A stretch of DNA of 64,000 nucleotides from Octopus bimaculoides (GCF_001194135.2 NC_068983.1:102026312-102090311); one strand, 5' to 3'; shown: positions 12,401 to 26,661, numbered from the stretch's first letter. The notes: a model not told the origin generated them from the letters alone. Numbers and translations: made by a program.

Positions 12401-14812
12401 GAGAGACAGAAACAGATGTCTTGCTGTAGAGGAAGTACAAGGTTACCTGACCAGAGAGAGAGAGATCAGGAATGAAGATGGAAACTGGTACGCTACTACA
12501 AAGGAAATACATGGTTACCCAGCCTAAGGGAAGTGCAAGAGAAGGAGAGAGAGAGTGGGAGACAGTAGGATAGTGATGGTGGCAAAACGCTGGGCATACT
12601 CACAAGGAACGGGGATCAGAATACAAATAGGATGGTTGAGTAAAGGAAGAGAGGGGTACAGATGGTGGCAAGTGTCAGGGCATACCCTTGAGGTTTGAAT
12701 GCCATAATATAAGTGGCAGGATATTGCGAAGGAAGTGTGATTAAAAAGTGTGGAGTGGGGAGTGAATGGCGAAAACCTGGGTATATATAGAGAGAGAGTT
12801 GGGGGGGGGGGCTGCCAGATAGCAATGATACAGAAGAATAGGGCCTTGAGGGCAGGATTGGAGAGTGAGAGCTAGGCATAGTGTATGAAGGAGGAAAATT
12901 GAGGAAGAGAAGAGATGTGGAGATGCAGATTGGTTTGTTAGGGTAGGGTGAGTGAAAGTTTTCTTGTTATGCGTGGGTGGAACACACAGGTCAGAGGTTA
13001 GCAGATAGCAATAATACATTAGCACTAATATATTACTAGTACCTACTTTGTCAACTTTAGGGAGAAGAACAGTGAAGCTAGCCTTGACAAGATTTGAACT
13101 CAGAATGTAGTTGGGTGAGCCATTAGTGCAACTATTAAGTCCAGCTTGATGCATTTAATGAACAACAAACTATTAAGTTGAAATGTTAAAGGACATTCAA
13201 CAGATATAAAAATGAATGTGATAAGTGGTAAAAACTAAGCTGCCCTTCAGAACAACAACAAAAATAAACTTAAAATATTTCTTTGCAAGCTTAAATTTTT
13301 ATGATTGATCAAATGCAGCCTGGTTAGTTCAGTAAGCTAGAATTATTAATTAATACATGAACATGTGATATTTAAAACTAACCTTTTGATTCCACTTGCC
13401 ATAGTTTTAAACTATCTACTTCATCATTAATTCTTTGCTAATAACTATTAACATTTAGATTTTTTTCTCTGTAGCTAGTGCCAAAAGGTATTGCAAAAGA
13501 AAATATCTTATATGATATTGATGCCAACAATGCGAAAATATAACATGTATATGTGAAAGTATTGTACAAATTTCATATAGTTATTCTAATGTATGAAGAC
13601 AATACTTTGAGCTAAATAATCGTGTGGGGTTTTTTTTTTTTCATTGAGAAAATGAGCAAACATATGTTTGTCTAGGAGGGCAGTAACTCTAAGTAAGTAC
13701 TGACACAATAGAGAGAGCTTTTCAGTCCTGTTGTATGGGACAACCTCTTTAGAACCAAAATCATGATAAAATACACCTAGTATATTCTGTAAAGCAGTTG
13801 GTCACAGGAAGAGCATCCAACCACAGGAACCATACTAATGAAGGATTCAGCACAAAAATATTACAGTATTGTCTTCTCACTGTCATATGATGAAAGCAAA
13901 CAAAACCTTTTTTTTTTCTTAACAAAACTGACTAATGAACATATGGGTGCAAGTATAGCTGTGTCGTTAAGAAGTTCACTTCACAACCACAAAGTTATTG
14001 ATTCAATTATACTGCACAACAACTTGGGGAAAAATATCTTTCATCATAACCTTATTTTGATCAGTCTTGTCAGTGTCATTTGGTAGATAGAAAATGGTGG
14101 AAGCCAGGCATATATGCATGTGTGTGTGTGCACATGGGCCTATTTGTGTGCTGTGTATGTGTTTATATACTTTACTCATGTGAAATATCATTATCCTTAT
14201 CATCATCATTTTAATGTTCACATTTCCTTGCTTGCATGAGTCGGATGAAATTTGTTGAGGTAGATTTTTTTACAGTTGGATGCCTTTCTGTCAACAAGTT
14301 AGGTAATTTTTACCTGTGTGGTAAGAAGCTTGCTTCCCAACCACATGGTTCTGGGTTCAGTCCCACTGTGTGGTACCTTAGGCAAGTGCCTTCTACTATA
14401 ACCTCGGACTGAACAACATCTTGTGAGTGGATTTTGGTAGATGGAAACTGAAAGAAGTCAGTTGTGTGTGTGTGTGCGTGTGTGTGTGTCTATTTGTCCC
14501 CCACCATTGCTTGACAACCAGTGTTGGTGTGTTTACATCTCTGTACCTTAGTGGTTTGGCAAAAGAGGCCGATAGAATAAGTACCAGACTTTAAAAATTT
14601 TTTAAAGTACTGAGGTCAATAAATTCGACTTAAAGTTTCTTCAAGGTAGTGCCCCAGCATGACCTCAGTCTAATGACTGAAACAGGCAAAAAATAAAAGA
14701 TTAAAGATGTCTAGACAAGCTTTCACAGAAGAATAGAAATAATGGATGCTGCTTGCATGACTGTGACACTCACAACTATCACACAATATCAACACAAGGG
14801 GACAGTAACACA

Positions 14813-14849
<37 letters not shown>

Positions 14850-16584
14850 ACAGGCTTCTTTCTGTTTCTATCTATGAAATCTACTCACAAGTCTTTGGTT
14901 GGCCCGGGGCTATAGTAGAAGACACTTGCCCAAGGTTCCATGCAGTGGGACTGAATCTGAAACGATGTGGTTGGGGAGCAAACTACATGGCCATGCCTGG
15001 GCTTATGCATATGAAACTCAATGAACTGGTACATTCATACACAAACAGAAAAAAACTTGAGCAATATTTGTTTTAAGTTGCACAAAAAATTCTTTTCACA
15101 TTTCTGTCTTCCCCCACCCCACTCCATGAAAAGACAAAACCAGTGATTGACATATTGAAAACTTGTAACCATTGATACTGTTGTTCATAAAATTCAATAT
15201 AAATAAAAATATATAAAATAAATATCCTTTTGTGGGTCAATAGTCCACATACAATGTTTCAGCAATTTCACATTATTTTACAGAATGTTAGAATAAAACT
15301 AAGAATTTGGTGTGAGAGGACTTATGCCAAGTTGAGAATCTAATCAAGTTATGACATTGGGGTATTTTGAAGAAGAAAAAAAAAAACATCTTATAACATA
15401 TGGAAATAATTCACACAATAAAACCAACCAATAAATCAACAGAATAATAAAAAAAACAAACAACTCTGTCTCATGTAGAGCCAATAAGGTTTCTCCATAT
15501 CAATTGTAGCTATGCATTCTGGTATTTTGCCAAGTGCAACTTAGCAAAATTTGGTGAATCATCCTACTCATAATTTTGTCAGAAGAAATCTTGCTCCAGT
15601 GATCGATATATTTGGTTTTTATTATTTTGCCTTGAAATCCTCCTCAAACATATTCAGAGAAACCCCCATGTGTTTTTCTCATTTTATATTTGATACGGTA
15701 CTTTTAATTGTGTATATGTATTGTATATATTGAGTACAGTACTTTTTTTTCTGGGGTAGTATTTTGCATACATTCAACTGTGTTTGCATTGTGATATGCA
15801 TATATGTTTGTACACATATATATACACATATATACATATGTGTGTGTATTTATGTATATATGTGTGTACATACATACATACATACATACTTATAATCTTT
15901 TACTGGTAGAATAATGAATGAAATGAGAAATAAACTTTCTCCACATTCTGAGTTCAAATGCTGCTGAGGTCAGCTTTACTTTTCATCCTTTCGGGGTCAA
16001 TAAATTAAGTACTAGTGAAACACTGAGGTCAATGTAATCAACTAGGCCCTTCACCACCAAAAATTTCAGGCCTTGTGCCGTTGGTAGAAAGGATTATTAG
16101 AAGCTTCCCTTATTTCTCATTTCATTCATTTTTCTACTTCTGAAATACAATGCTTCAAGTCAACAACAATACTCTTCACTCTTTTACTAAGTTCAGTTAT
16201 CAGACTGTGATAGTGCTGGAGCACTCCCTCGGAGGGTCTGCTTCATTAAATCAACCACAGTACTTACTTTATCTTTGGATCTTACTCTACCCTCCCTTTT
16301 TGCTGAACTACTAAGTTATGTGGGTGTAGACAATCCAACAATAGTTGTCAAGCAGTGAGAGATAAACACGAAAATGTGCAAACACGCAGGCACACACAGA
16401 CACAGACGTATGTGTGTGTGTATGTGCATGCATGTATGTGTGCGTGTGTATATATAAAATATAAGGATAAAATCTATATAAGAATTTATCAAGTATCCAG
16501 GGTGAAAAACCAGTTTAGGAAAAAATTAATACCAAATATATAATTTTTCTTTTAGATATAAATACATAATAAATGCATATATAT

Positions 16585-17290
16585 CATCATCATCATCATC
16601 GTCGTCCTTTAGCATCTACTTTCCATGTTGGCAATGGGTTGGATGGCTTGACTAAGAGCTGGTGAGTCAGAAGGCTGCACCAGGCTCCAATCTGATGTGG
16701 CAAAGTTTCTACAACTGGATGCCCTTCCTAATGCCAACCACTCTGAGAGTGTAGCGAGTGCTTTAACATGGCACCGGCACGAGGGCAAGTCAGGCGATAC
16801 TGGCATCGACCATGCTCAAATGCTTTTTACCTGCACAGGAGCCAGCCAGGCTGCACTGGCAACGATCACACTCGAATGGTGCTTTTAACATTCCACTGGC
16901 ACGGGTGCCAGTCAGGAAGTACTGTCATCGGCCACAAGAACGATTTCACTTGCCTCAACAGGTCTTCGCAAGCGGAGATTATTGCCCAATGTTTGAAGGG
17001 TACTCTTAAATGGGCTGGTTATGCAGCACTGGCTTAGGCCACGGTTACAGTCTCACTTGGCTTGCCAGGTCTTCTCAAGCACAGCATATCTCCAAAAGTC
17101 TCGGCGACTTGTCATTGCCTAGGAGATGCCCAATATTCGAAGGTCATGCTTCCCCACTTCATCCCAGGTCTTCCTAGGTCTACCTCTTCCACAGGTTCTC
17201 TCAACTGCTAGGGTGACACTTTTTTACACAGCTGTTCTCAATCCATTCACAACACATGACCATAGCAGTGCAATCATCTCACTTGCACTC
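16585..17290 (-). mobile_element. RTE LINE 3' end (ORF2 C-terminus, 3'UTR, (GAT)n tail), 5'-truncated
   Basis: Minus strand reads ...GRGRPRKTWDEVGKHDLRILG...RDFWRYAVLEKTWQAK*, followed by 3'UTR (ggcattaggaagggcatccag...) and a gatgatgat tail. Confidence 0.85.
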
Positions 17291-17308
17291 CACACCTGAT
17301 GCTTCTTA

Positions 17309-17511
<203 letters not shown>

Positions 17512-18783
17512 ATCAAACTGAGTAAAAAGTAAGCAACATTTTGAAACATGAAATTCATCACAATATATTTCAATAATGTGGAAATTTTATTCATCAAAGT
17601 AAGTACCATTTCAATCAACACATTTTTGACAATGGGTTACAAGTTTGTTTATTCCGCTAACATAAAAATCTGGAGTTCTGGAGCTGATGAACTCTTTGAA
17701 CGTACTTTCAGCACTGGTTTAATTTTTTAACTCCTTCTCTCACACAAAGCCATCAGGGTGCTTGAAAAAGTGGTAGTCAGTAGGAGAAAGGTCTGGGAAA
17801 TAAGCTTCATAGCCAAGTTCCCTCAACTTCTGGACTATCATTAGTGAATCATGTGGTTGAGCATTGTCATGAAGAATGATTGGCCTACTTTTGTTGACCA
17901 GTCAGGGATGGAGGAGAAGCAGTTTTTCGTTCATTTTGACAATTTCATGACAATATGTTTCTGCAGTATTGGTTTTTCTGGGTTTTAAGAAGTTATAGTG
18001 GATGAGTCCAGCAGTAAACCATCAAATAGTCACCTTAACCTTCTTTTTGAAGAGTTTGGGTTTAGGGAAGGTTTCCAGTGCTTCATTTTGGTCCAATCAC
18101 TGTGAAAACATTTTTTATTATTGTACAGAATCCACTTTTCATCACAAGTTACAATATGGTCAAGAAATGGATTGGTCTGATTATGGAGAAGAAGCAATGA
18201 GCAAATTTCATATCTGCGCATTTTCTGATTTTCATTGATATTGTGTGGTACCCATTTGTCAAGCTTTTTTGATTTTCTGATCGCATGCAAATGGTTGCAG
18301 GCAGTTTTCTGGCTAACTTGAAGTTCTTTTGCCAGTACTCAAATGGTTTTACATGGATCAATGATGGTCTTTAATTGACTGTCATCGATGACAGATGGGC
18401 ATCCACTATGCTCATGATCATCAAGCCTCAGGTCTTCACTGTGAAATTATTTAAACCATTTTTGAGCTGACCACTCACTGGACATTTCATCACCAAACAT
18501 TTCACTGATATCATGAGTAGTTTCAGCTGCTTTACGTCCTTTTTTCAAGTTGAATAGCAAAATTGCTTGAATATCGCGCTTTGACAGTTCCATTTCAGAT
18601 GATTGTAAACAACAATGAAAAAAGATATCAATGTTAAATTACTGATGCATTTGGGTAAGTCTATGTCCATATTATCAGACAATTGCAAAAAAGATGTTTA
18701 AAAAAAATATTCAAAACTCTGCAAAAATCCAGTACAAATTCTTCGTGGTTCAAAATGTTGCTTACTTTTTACACAACCTGATT
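17512..18783 (-). mobile_element. Full-length (~1.27 kb) decayed mariner (Tc1/mariner DD34D-type) transposon
   Basis: TIRs tatcaaactgagtaaaaagtaagcaacattttgaa (17511-) and ttcaaaatgttgcttactttttacacaacctgat (-18782). Transposase remnants KLDKWVPHNINENQK...IVTCDEKWILYNN and YFPDLSPTDYHFF, with multiple frameshifts. Confidence 0.92.
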
Positions 18784-19643
18784 CATGTATTTGCATAAAT
18801 ATGTACATAGGAAAAAGAAATCAACCAACTAACTCACACATTGCAAATACAATCTATAAGTGTAAAAGTAAAAATATGCAAGACTTTTCTCAGCTTTAAA
18901 ATGTGACATTGTTTTCATTATCTACATTCCAACAATGGAGCCTTCTACCTCTGTTAGAAACCAGCTCCTTCCAAGAGGAAGAATTTAAATAATTAAAAGC
19001 AGTAGAGAATATACACACACATACACGCATGCATGCACACATTAATATTTCACTCAGGCAAGGCGGTAAGCTGGCAGAATCGTTAGTATGCCAGGCAAAA
19101 TGCTTAGTATTCTAATTTTGAATTATACAAAGGTCATCTTTGAAAAGGAATATTTTATATATACTTATATACATACACACACACACACACACACAACATA
19201 TATATCTATATCGATTTATCTATATGAATGTAAATATATATATATATATATANNNNNNNNNNNNNNNNNNNNNNNNNNNNNNNNNNNNNNNNNNNNNNNN
19301 NNNNNNNNNNNNNNNNNNNNNNNNNNNNNNNNNNNNNNNNNNNNNNNNNNNNNNNNNNNNNNNNNNNNNNNNNNNNNNNNNNNNNNNNNNNNNNNNNNNN
19401 NNNNNNNNNNNNNNNNNNNNNNNNNNNNNNNNNNNNNNNNNNNNNNNNNNNNNNNNNNNNNNNNNNNNNNNNNNNNNNNNNNNNNNNNNNNNNNNNNNNN
19501 NNNNNNNNNNNNNNNNNNNNNNNNNNNNNNNNNNNNNNNNNNNNNNNNNNNNNNNNNNNNNNNNNNNNNNNNNNNNNNNNNNNNNNNNNNNNNNNNNNNN
19601 NNNNNNNNNNNNNNNNNNNNNNNNNNNNNNNNNNNNNNNNNNN

Positions 19644-19694
<51 letters not shown>

Positions 19695-20080
19695 ATATAT
19701 ATCTATATTTACGTATTAATAATTCAGTTTCAAATAAATGAATATAATTTTTCTTCTCTCATTTGTATATCCAAACATATGTATGTATGTTTTAATATAT
19801 ACATGCGTATAAAAGCAGATAAGTGGCAGAATCATTTGCACACCAAGCAAAATGCTTAGCAGTATTTCATTCGTCTTTATGTTCTGTGTTCAAATTCCAC
19901 TGAGGTCAACTTTGTCTTTCATCCTTGCTCACACAGTCAATGAAAAAAGTATCAGTTGATCACTTGGATTGATCTAATCGACTTACCCCTGCCAGCCTTG
20001 TACCAAAAACATGAAAGTGATATAGCTATATCTATGTGTGTGTGTGTGTGTGTGTATACATATATATATATATATATATA

Positions 20081-20133
<53 letters not shown>

Positions 20134-20764
20134 CACACACACACACACACATATATATATATACACATGATATGCAAACACATTCAGTGCAGATGAAAGA
20201 GCAAGTATTTAAATATATGTGCATATTAGTAATGATTTCGATTACTAATGAGGAAACTGTTTCAAACCAAGTATTAGTAATTAGTATATGTTAATAACTG
20301 TTTCAGAAAACACTAACTAATATTGACATTCCCAAGCATTAATACTGCAGATAATTGTTACTGGGTGGACTGATTTGTTACAGATATAATTAAGCTGTAA
20401 TAATTCTGGGATACTAGCATATCTAATGTATACTAATACTGTGGACTAATTAAAATGTCTTGACATCAGACTCAGCAGTGTTGCTCTTATAATAAGATCT
20501 TTTATCCAATGAGTTAATTACATGCTCCTTGTTTGCCTGCTGCTATTATTGGCCTAAGTAATAATCAAATATATTATTAAATATAGTAAATCTATTTAAC
20601 TACCAACAAATCCATGGTCTACAAAAAAAATATGTCAGGAATGATGATGTCAATGGTAGTGGTGAGAATGATGATGATGATGAGGGAGAAGGAAAATGAG
20701 GATCACTTATTAAAAGTAACATATAATTATATAACTTAAGTAATATATAAGTAACATATATGTA

Positions 20765-20945
20765 TACGTAAAAGCACCCACTACACTCTCGGAGTGGTTG
20801 GCATTAGGAAGGGCATCCAGCTGTAGAAACTCTGCCAAATCAGATTGGAGCCTGGTGTAGCCATCTGGTTCACCAGTCCTCAGTCAAATTGTCCAACCCA
20901 TGCTAGCATGGAAAGCGGACGTTAAACGATGATGATGATGATGAT
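20765..20945 (+). mobile_element. RTE 3'UTR/tail-only copy (related copies ~12101-12365 -, ~14200-14290 -, ~42970-43150 -, ~56755-56900 +)
   Basis: ggttggcattaggaagggcatccagctgtagaaactctgcc...catgctagcatggaaagcggacgttaaacgatgatgatg matches the 3' end of the 16585-17290 element. Confidence 0.8.
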
Positions 20946-21139
20946 ATGTATATATGTATGTATATATATATANNNNNNNNNNNNNNNNNNNNNNNNNNNN
21001 NNNNNNNNNNNNNNNNNNNNNNNNNNNNNNNNNNNNNNNNNNNNNNNNNNNNNNNNNNNNNNNNNNNNNNNNNNNNNNNNNNNNNNNNNNNNNNNNNNNN
21101 NNNNNNNNNNNNNNNNNNNNNNNNNNNNTATATAAATTA

Positions 21140-22266
21140 AAAACGTAAAAATAAAAACAAAACACAAAGGATTCCGCGGTACACGTGTTTCAAGCTTTAT
21201 AGTTGTTGCATCATTGGTATACAATTGATAGACAGGATGGTATAAAGCTATCTTCAGCCGCAAATATATTCTTTCCCAAGTATTATATCACAAAGAAGAA
21301 GTCACCAAGAACAAAGTAAAAAGAGAGATAAAAGGTGAAAGTCCACTTGGTATTGTCCAATGTAATATCCATTGTAATATACCTTGCAATATCTTTAAGT
21401 TGATACATTTACATAAAAGTTCATCGGTACTCCGAAATCTGTCCATATTGTGCCACAATTCAGGGTAGAGTGAATGCTAAATAAACAATACTAGCTTATA
21501 TGAGTTAGAAGGCGAGTGTCCAAAGAAGGAAGAAGTTGGCGGTTAAAACAATATAAAATACTAAGAAGAAAAATACACAGATATTAATACAAAAATAATA
21601 GAAGTCAAATCAGTGGGGAGGGTAATCTAAGAAACAATAAAAGAAAATCCGGATAGTAAAGTAAGATACATATAAGCTATTTTGAAGGGTTGGAGAAGGG
21701 TGGTGAAACATAAAATCAAAGGAATAAAATAACAGAGTTAAAAGCAGGGGGATAAGAAAAAAAACCTAAAGGTAGAAAAAGAAGATAAATAAAGATAGAT
21801 CAAGAGACCTTCAAGGTCGTAAATGACAGACATGCATGATGTTGTGTCGGCCCAGACCAGTGGTGGGTTATAAATAAATAACGTCAGGCTAAAGTAAACT
21901 TGAAATATGATATTTTTGTGGTGAGTGGTCAGTTTAGGCGAACTACAACTTAAGTATACGAACTTATCTATTATACACTTATCTAGAGGATAAAAGGGTG
22001 ATGAAGCAGAAAATGGTAATTAGAACATATAAAACCCAAAACAATGAATAATTAGAAAATGTCAACAAGAAAAAGGTTATAGAGTATATAGAAAAAGTGG
22101 AAAAACTAGGGTTGGAAGTTATTTTTTGCATTATTATTGTGGATGTTATTATTTCTTATCACTATTACATTATGTAATACAATATTACTATTATACTATA
22201 TTACTACGGTTGAAGTGTTCCCAATACTTTGTATTTTGAATTTTAACTTCCAACCCTAGTTTTTCC
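21140..22266 (-). mobile_element. Penelope-like pseudo-LTR-type repeat with hammerhead motif and terminal inverted segment
   Basis: Contains the hammerhead at 21176-21261; perfect 23-bp inverted pair ggaaaaactagggttggaagtta (22099-22121) / taacttccaaccctagtttttcc (22244-22266). Left boundary abuts a gap. Confidence 0.55.
21176..21261 (-). ncRNA. Minimal type-I hammerhead ribozyme (PLE-type, palindromic stem III)
   Basis: GCGG|CUGAAGA|U-AGCUUUAUA...UAUAAAGCU-U|GAAAC-ACGU-GUA^|CCGC: stem I GCGG/CCGC, canonical core, 9-bp stem II, palindrome ACACGUGU, GUA cleavage triplet. Confidence 0.75.
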
Positions 22267-22311
22267 TCTTTAAAAGAAACTTTGAACATACTTTTGTGCT
22301 GTTTCTACTTT

Positions 22312-22348
<37 letters not shown>

Positions 22349-22869
22349 AATGGGCTTCTTTCAATTTCTATCTGCCAAATCCACTCACAAAGTTTTGGTC
22401 GGCCTAGGGCTACATAATAGAAGACTCAAGATGCCATGCAGTGAGACTGAACACAAAAACATGTAGTTGGGAAACAAGCTTTTTACCACACAGCCATGAC
22501 TGTGCCCTGAATTTTTCATAAATATCTCTTCAATTTCCTTACAATGGAATTTCACCTGTAGAGCCAAATATATGAAAAATATCCAACAAAGAAATTTCTC
22601 AAAAACACTTGCAGGAAATTTGAAGCTGTCATTCCAGTACCTCATCCACTTGGCTATTTTACTTTTACTACTTGCAGGCAACAAGAAAACCTCTATGTGG
22701 TTGCTTAATTTGTCAGAAATAGCATCTAAATCTCCTTCAAATCAAACCCTATCTCTCTTTTTAAGGTATTAGGACACTTTGCATTAGTCTTAGATACACT
22801 GTCTGAAACTAAAGAATAGTTGAGGTTAGAATGTAATCAATCAGAAATCTGTGTTCAATCAGAGCTGAT

Positions 22870-23190
22870 ATAGGGTGGAGGAGGAGGAGTGAAGGGCAGA
22901 TAGGTGATGAAGGAGGACAAAGGTAGTGAGGAAGTTGAGGGGAATGAAGGAGGAGGGGTGGGTAGGTGAAGAAGGATGAGGAGGAGTGGAGGTGATGCAG
23001 GAGGGGAGGTAATAAAGAAAGGGAGGTGATGAAGGAGGGGAGGTAATAAAGGGGCGGAGTGGAGGAGTGAAGGTGGAGGAGAAGGAGAAGGTGAAGGAGT
23101 GAAGAAGGAAGAGGGAGAGGAAGAGAGAGGTGAAGGAGACTGTGGGATAGGAAGGATAATGATGATGAGGAGGAGGAGAAGGTGGAAGCC
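22870..23190. repeat. GGA/GAA-rich polypurine low-complexity tract (a pyrimidine-rich tract also lies at ~52120-52620)
   Basis: Direct inspection; explains Pro/Leu/Ser-rich spurious ORFs. Confidence 0.9.
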
Positions 23191-23720
23191 AGCATCAACA
23201 CTTGCTAATTCAGGAGCACAGATATGAAAAGCCAAATTTCATCAACAAAGCCAACAATAATTTGGCTTATTTATCTGATAAATTTTTTCCAATTATCTCT
23301 AGACAAACATACGGACCCCTCATTTAGTATTAAAAAATGTATTGCTGAACCAATGAAGGAGCCTCTATTATTGTCAATCAGCCTGCTAAAAATAATTATC
23401 AAATTTCCTACAAATTACATCCTGTTTTCTTTAAAAAAAATAACAAGCTGATCCAAGGTTTTGCTCTGTCAGCAGCAACAAATGTACTTTTCATACAATC
23501 CTGGATTAATCTTCAAATAATTTAACTTAATTGGATAAAACCTTTCATCGTTAATATTTGTGGAGAGTAGATAAAGTCAACATATATGGGTGTAGCCAGG
23601 ATTTTGACTAAAGGGATCATAATTATCAAAATAGATTCACCATTAGCCATTGCAAAAAATATATATATAAACAGAAAATTAAAATAAAAGTTAGATAGTT
23701 CTATATTTAAGAAATGAGGA

Positions 23721-23940
23721 ATTATTTACATTCCGAGTTCGATTCACGGCAGCGACCTGATTAATAATAGTAATAATAATAATATAATAATAATAGTAAC
23801 ATCGTTAGGAATGAGAACCCAGGTTCAAAATTTCCCCAAGACACCTGACAAAGGCTGGAGGGTATATCAGCCGAAACGTGTTAACAACCAACAAGATGAG
23901 GACAAATATCCGTCAAATGTAAATAATGTAAATAATGTAA
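23721..23940 (+). mobile_element. 5'-truncated SINE-like element (B-box-like gagttcgattc, (TAA)n spacer) with decayed hammerhead-like 3' module
   Basis: gacac|ctgacaa-a|ggctg gagggtatat cagcc|gaaac|gtgtt at 23840-23882; (aatgtaaat)n tail and an inverted copy attatttacatt at the 5' end. Confidence 0.55.
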
Positions 23941-24609
23941 AAGTTAGATAATAAGGGTTTTCAAATTTAGGCACAAGCCAGCAATTTTGTAGGAAGGGGT
24001 TAGTTGATAACATCAATCCCAGTACTTGACTGGTATTTTTCCAACTCCCAGAGAGGTGAAAAACAGAGCTGACCTCAGCAGATTTGAACTTAGAATATAA
24101 AGAGTCTTAGAAATGCTACAAAGCATTTTTTGACACTAATGATTTTGCCAGCTTTCTGTTTTTATTGGACAATAATTATATTTATATGAAGCTGCAAGGA
24201 AGTGGTGGGTTCTGAATACGTTGAACCCTTCCTTGACTATATAGATGTGTAATATATTCATATTGATCCCTAAATTATATTATGTTCTGCTAATAAAAAC
24301 TAAAAGAGGTGGAAAGGTAACTCTAACCAGTAGATGGAAGTATTTTCCCTGCAGTAAATTCCCATTTAGCTGAAAGGAACCTCTATAAGTTTCCCCACCC
24401 AGTTAAAAATAGCCAGATATCCCTAAAATTTCCTTTGAATTCCATCCTACCATCTTGAAAAAAAAAAAAAACAGTAAGTATAGTCCTGGATGTTATAAAA
24501 GAAAAAACTTGGATGGTCTCAGCTGGAGTAAAGGTCTGTTCAGCAAAGGCCACAATCAATAACAGTGAAGTGTTGGTGGAAGTGATAGTGATGGTAGGCA
24601 ATGGTTACT

Positions 24610-24692
<83 letters not shown>

Positions 24693-26661
24693 GGTAGTGG
24701 CGGTGGTGGTAGTGGCGGCGGTGGTGGTAAATATGATGATAATTTAAATTGAAAACTGTAAATTTAAAACAAAGGAGTAAAAGAGTAAAACTTAAAATTT
24801 AGATTTGTAAAATTTAAAACAGAAGAGTAAGAGTAAATTTAAAATAGAAACAATAAACTAAAGAGTAATGAAATGAGTCCTTTTCATGAGTGATCACATG
24901 ACAAATTTATATAATATACTTGAGGATGTTTGTTTTGTTTGAATGCTTTTGAAGATGTATTATTATCTGATTTGAATTTCAAATGGTGTTAATTTAAATA
25001 AAAATTTTAAAAAAGTAACAACACATACATAAAAATACTCCTTTTCTCTTTCAAATGTTGTACCTTTATTATTATAGTGATGGTAGACTTTATGACCAGT
25101 AAGCTAGTAGTGTTTTGCAGCGGATTTTTAGGTGACTTGCAATGGACTTTGAAAAAGAAAATCTTCCAACAATATCATGTTAGAAAAAGCATTTATCCCT
25201 TTTACTGTGGAAATCAGATATATCCATTCAAAATTTCATACCCTTAACTGCAAAAAGCAGTTTTATATACCAATCTATCTTTTGTTTTGTTTTTTGTTGT
25301 TTTTTTTTTTCTTAAAGACTTTTTCACTGTTCACTTCCTATGCATATTCTATATACTGTTCATGCAGTTTTGGTTACTTTTTCTGATGTGTTGTAGTGCA
25401 CCTGAGCACTGTATACAATAAGTTCATTATGTTATATACATATTGACATATTTGAAGCTATTTTTTTGTTGAGATATGTCAAGTTTATCAAGTCAAAGTA
25501 AAGTGTCTTGCAAAAAATACCAATTCTCTTTTTTGGTAGATATTTTACATCATTACTGGAATAACCATAAAATTTCATTTTGCTGTTAAATGGTTGAAAC
25601 TAAAATACTTGTATGCATATAACATGCCAAGGACAAGATCATTAAAAAAATTAAAATTTCATTGTGACACACACAAAAAAATACATCCACCATTACTATT
25701 TTATTGCTACCATAACTACTCAAGGCATCTCCACTGCTAATGCTATTCTACTACAACCACCAGTACCACCATCACCATTATCATCAACAACAGCAACCCC
25801 AGATCTCCTTGATCAGGGCTGACAAGGGGTTAACATTACCATTCCTTCCACCACTTCTGAAACTATCACTGACGACACCACCCTGAATCTTCTGCCAATA
25901 CTAATTAAGACCACCACTACCAATTGACAACAACCAGCAACCCACTTAGATATTTTCCTTATTTCTTCCTTTCATCTTTCCTCCTTCCTTCATTCTACCA
26001 CCACCATTATAGTCCCATTTAATGATACAGCTATATTTTCAATTCAGAATATTTATTACATATTGCTTAGTTTTCTTTTTTTCTTTCTGTTATCAACTGC
26101 TCAGTTTAATTTAGCTGAAATATTTCTCAAGAAAGTTTGACTAATTAACATAGAAGTCCAAGAAAATATAAGTGATATACCAAAGTTATAATTTCACCCT
26201 CAGAAAGAAAACTGTCAAAAATTCAAGTGTTACTATATGATATCAATCCTAAGTGCCAGCCAACACATGATCGAAATACCCCACCCTTTATCAACACAGA
26301 TGACTCTGTATGCAACATCATCTCTGACAGAAGCCTTCATGTCAGAGTTCCACTTGGCCTTTCAAACACCAACTTAATTATTCACTGCAAATCTTTTTTC
26401 AATACTATCCACTTCTAATACCCTACCAATCCTTTTCGTCATAATTCCTCCTTTGAATACCAAGTAAAAATCAATAGTTAAATCATGAATATGGACAGTG
26501 GATGATAGGACTGGTAGATGATATATGATAAATACCTTGTGGTATTTATTAGGTTGTATCCCACTTTTGTTTTGTGTTCAAATCTTGCTTAGGTTGGTTT
26601 TACCTTCTAACCTTCTGTGATTGATAAAATCAGTTTCCCATCAATACTAGCTGGTCAATAT

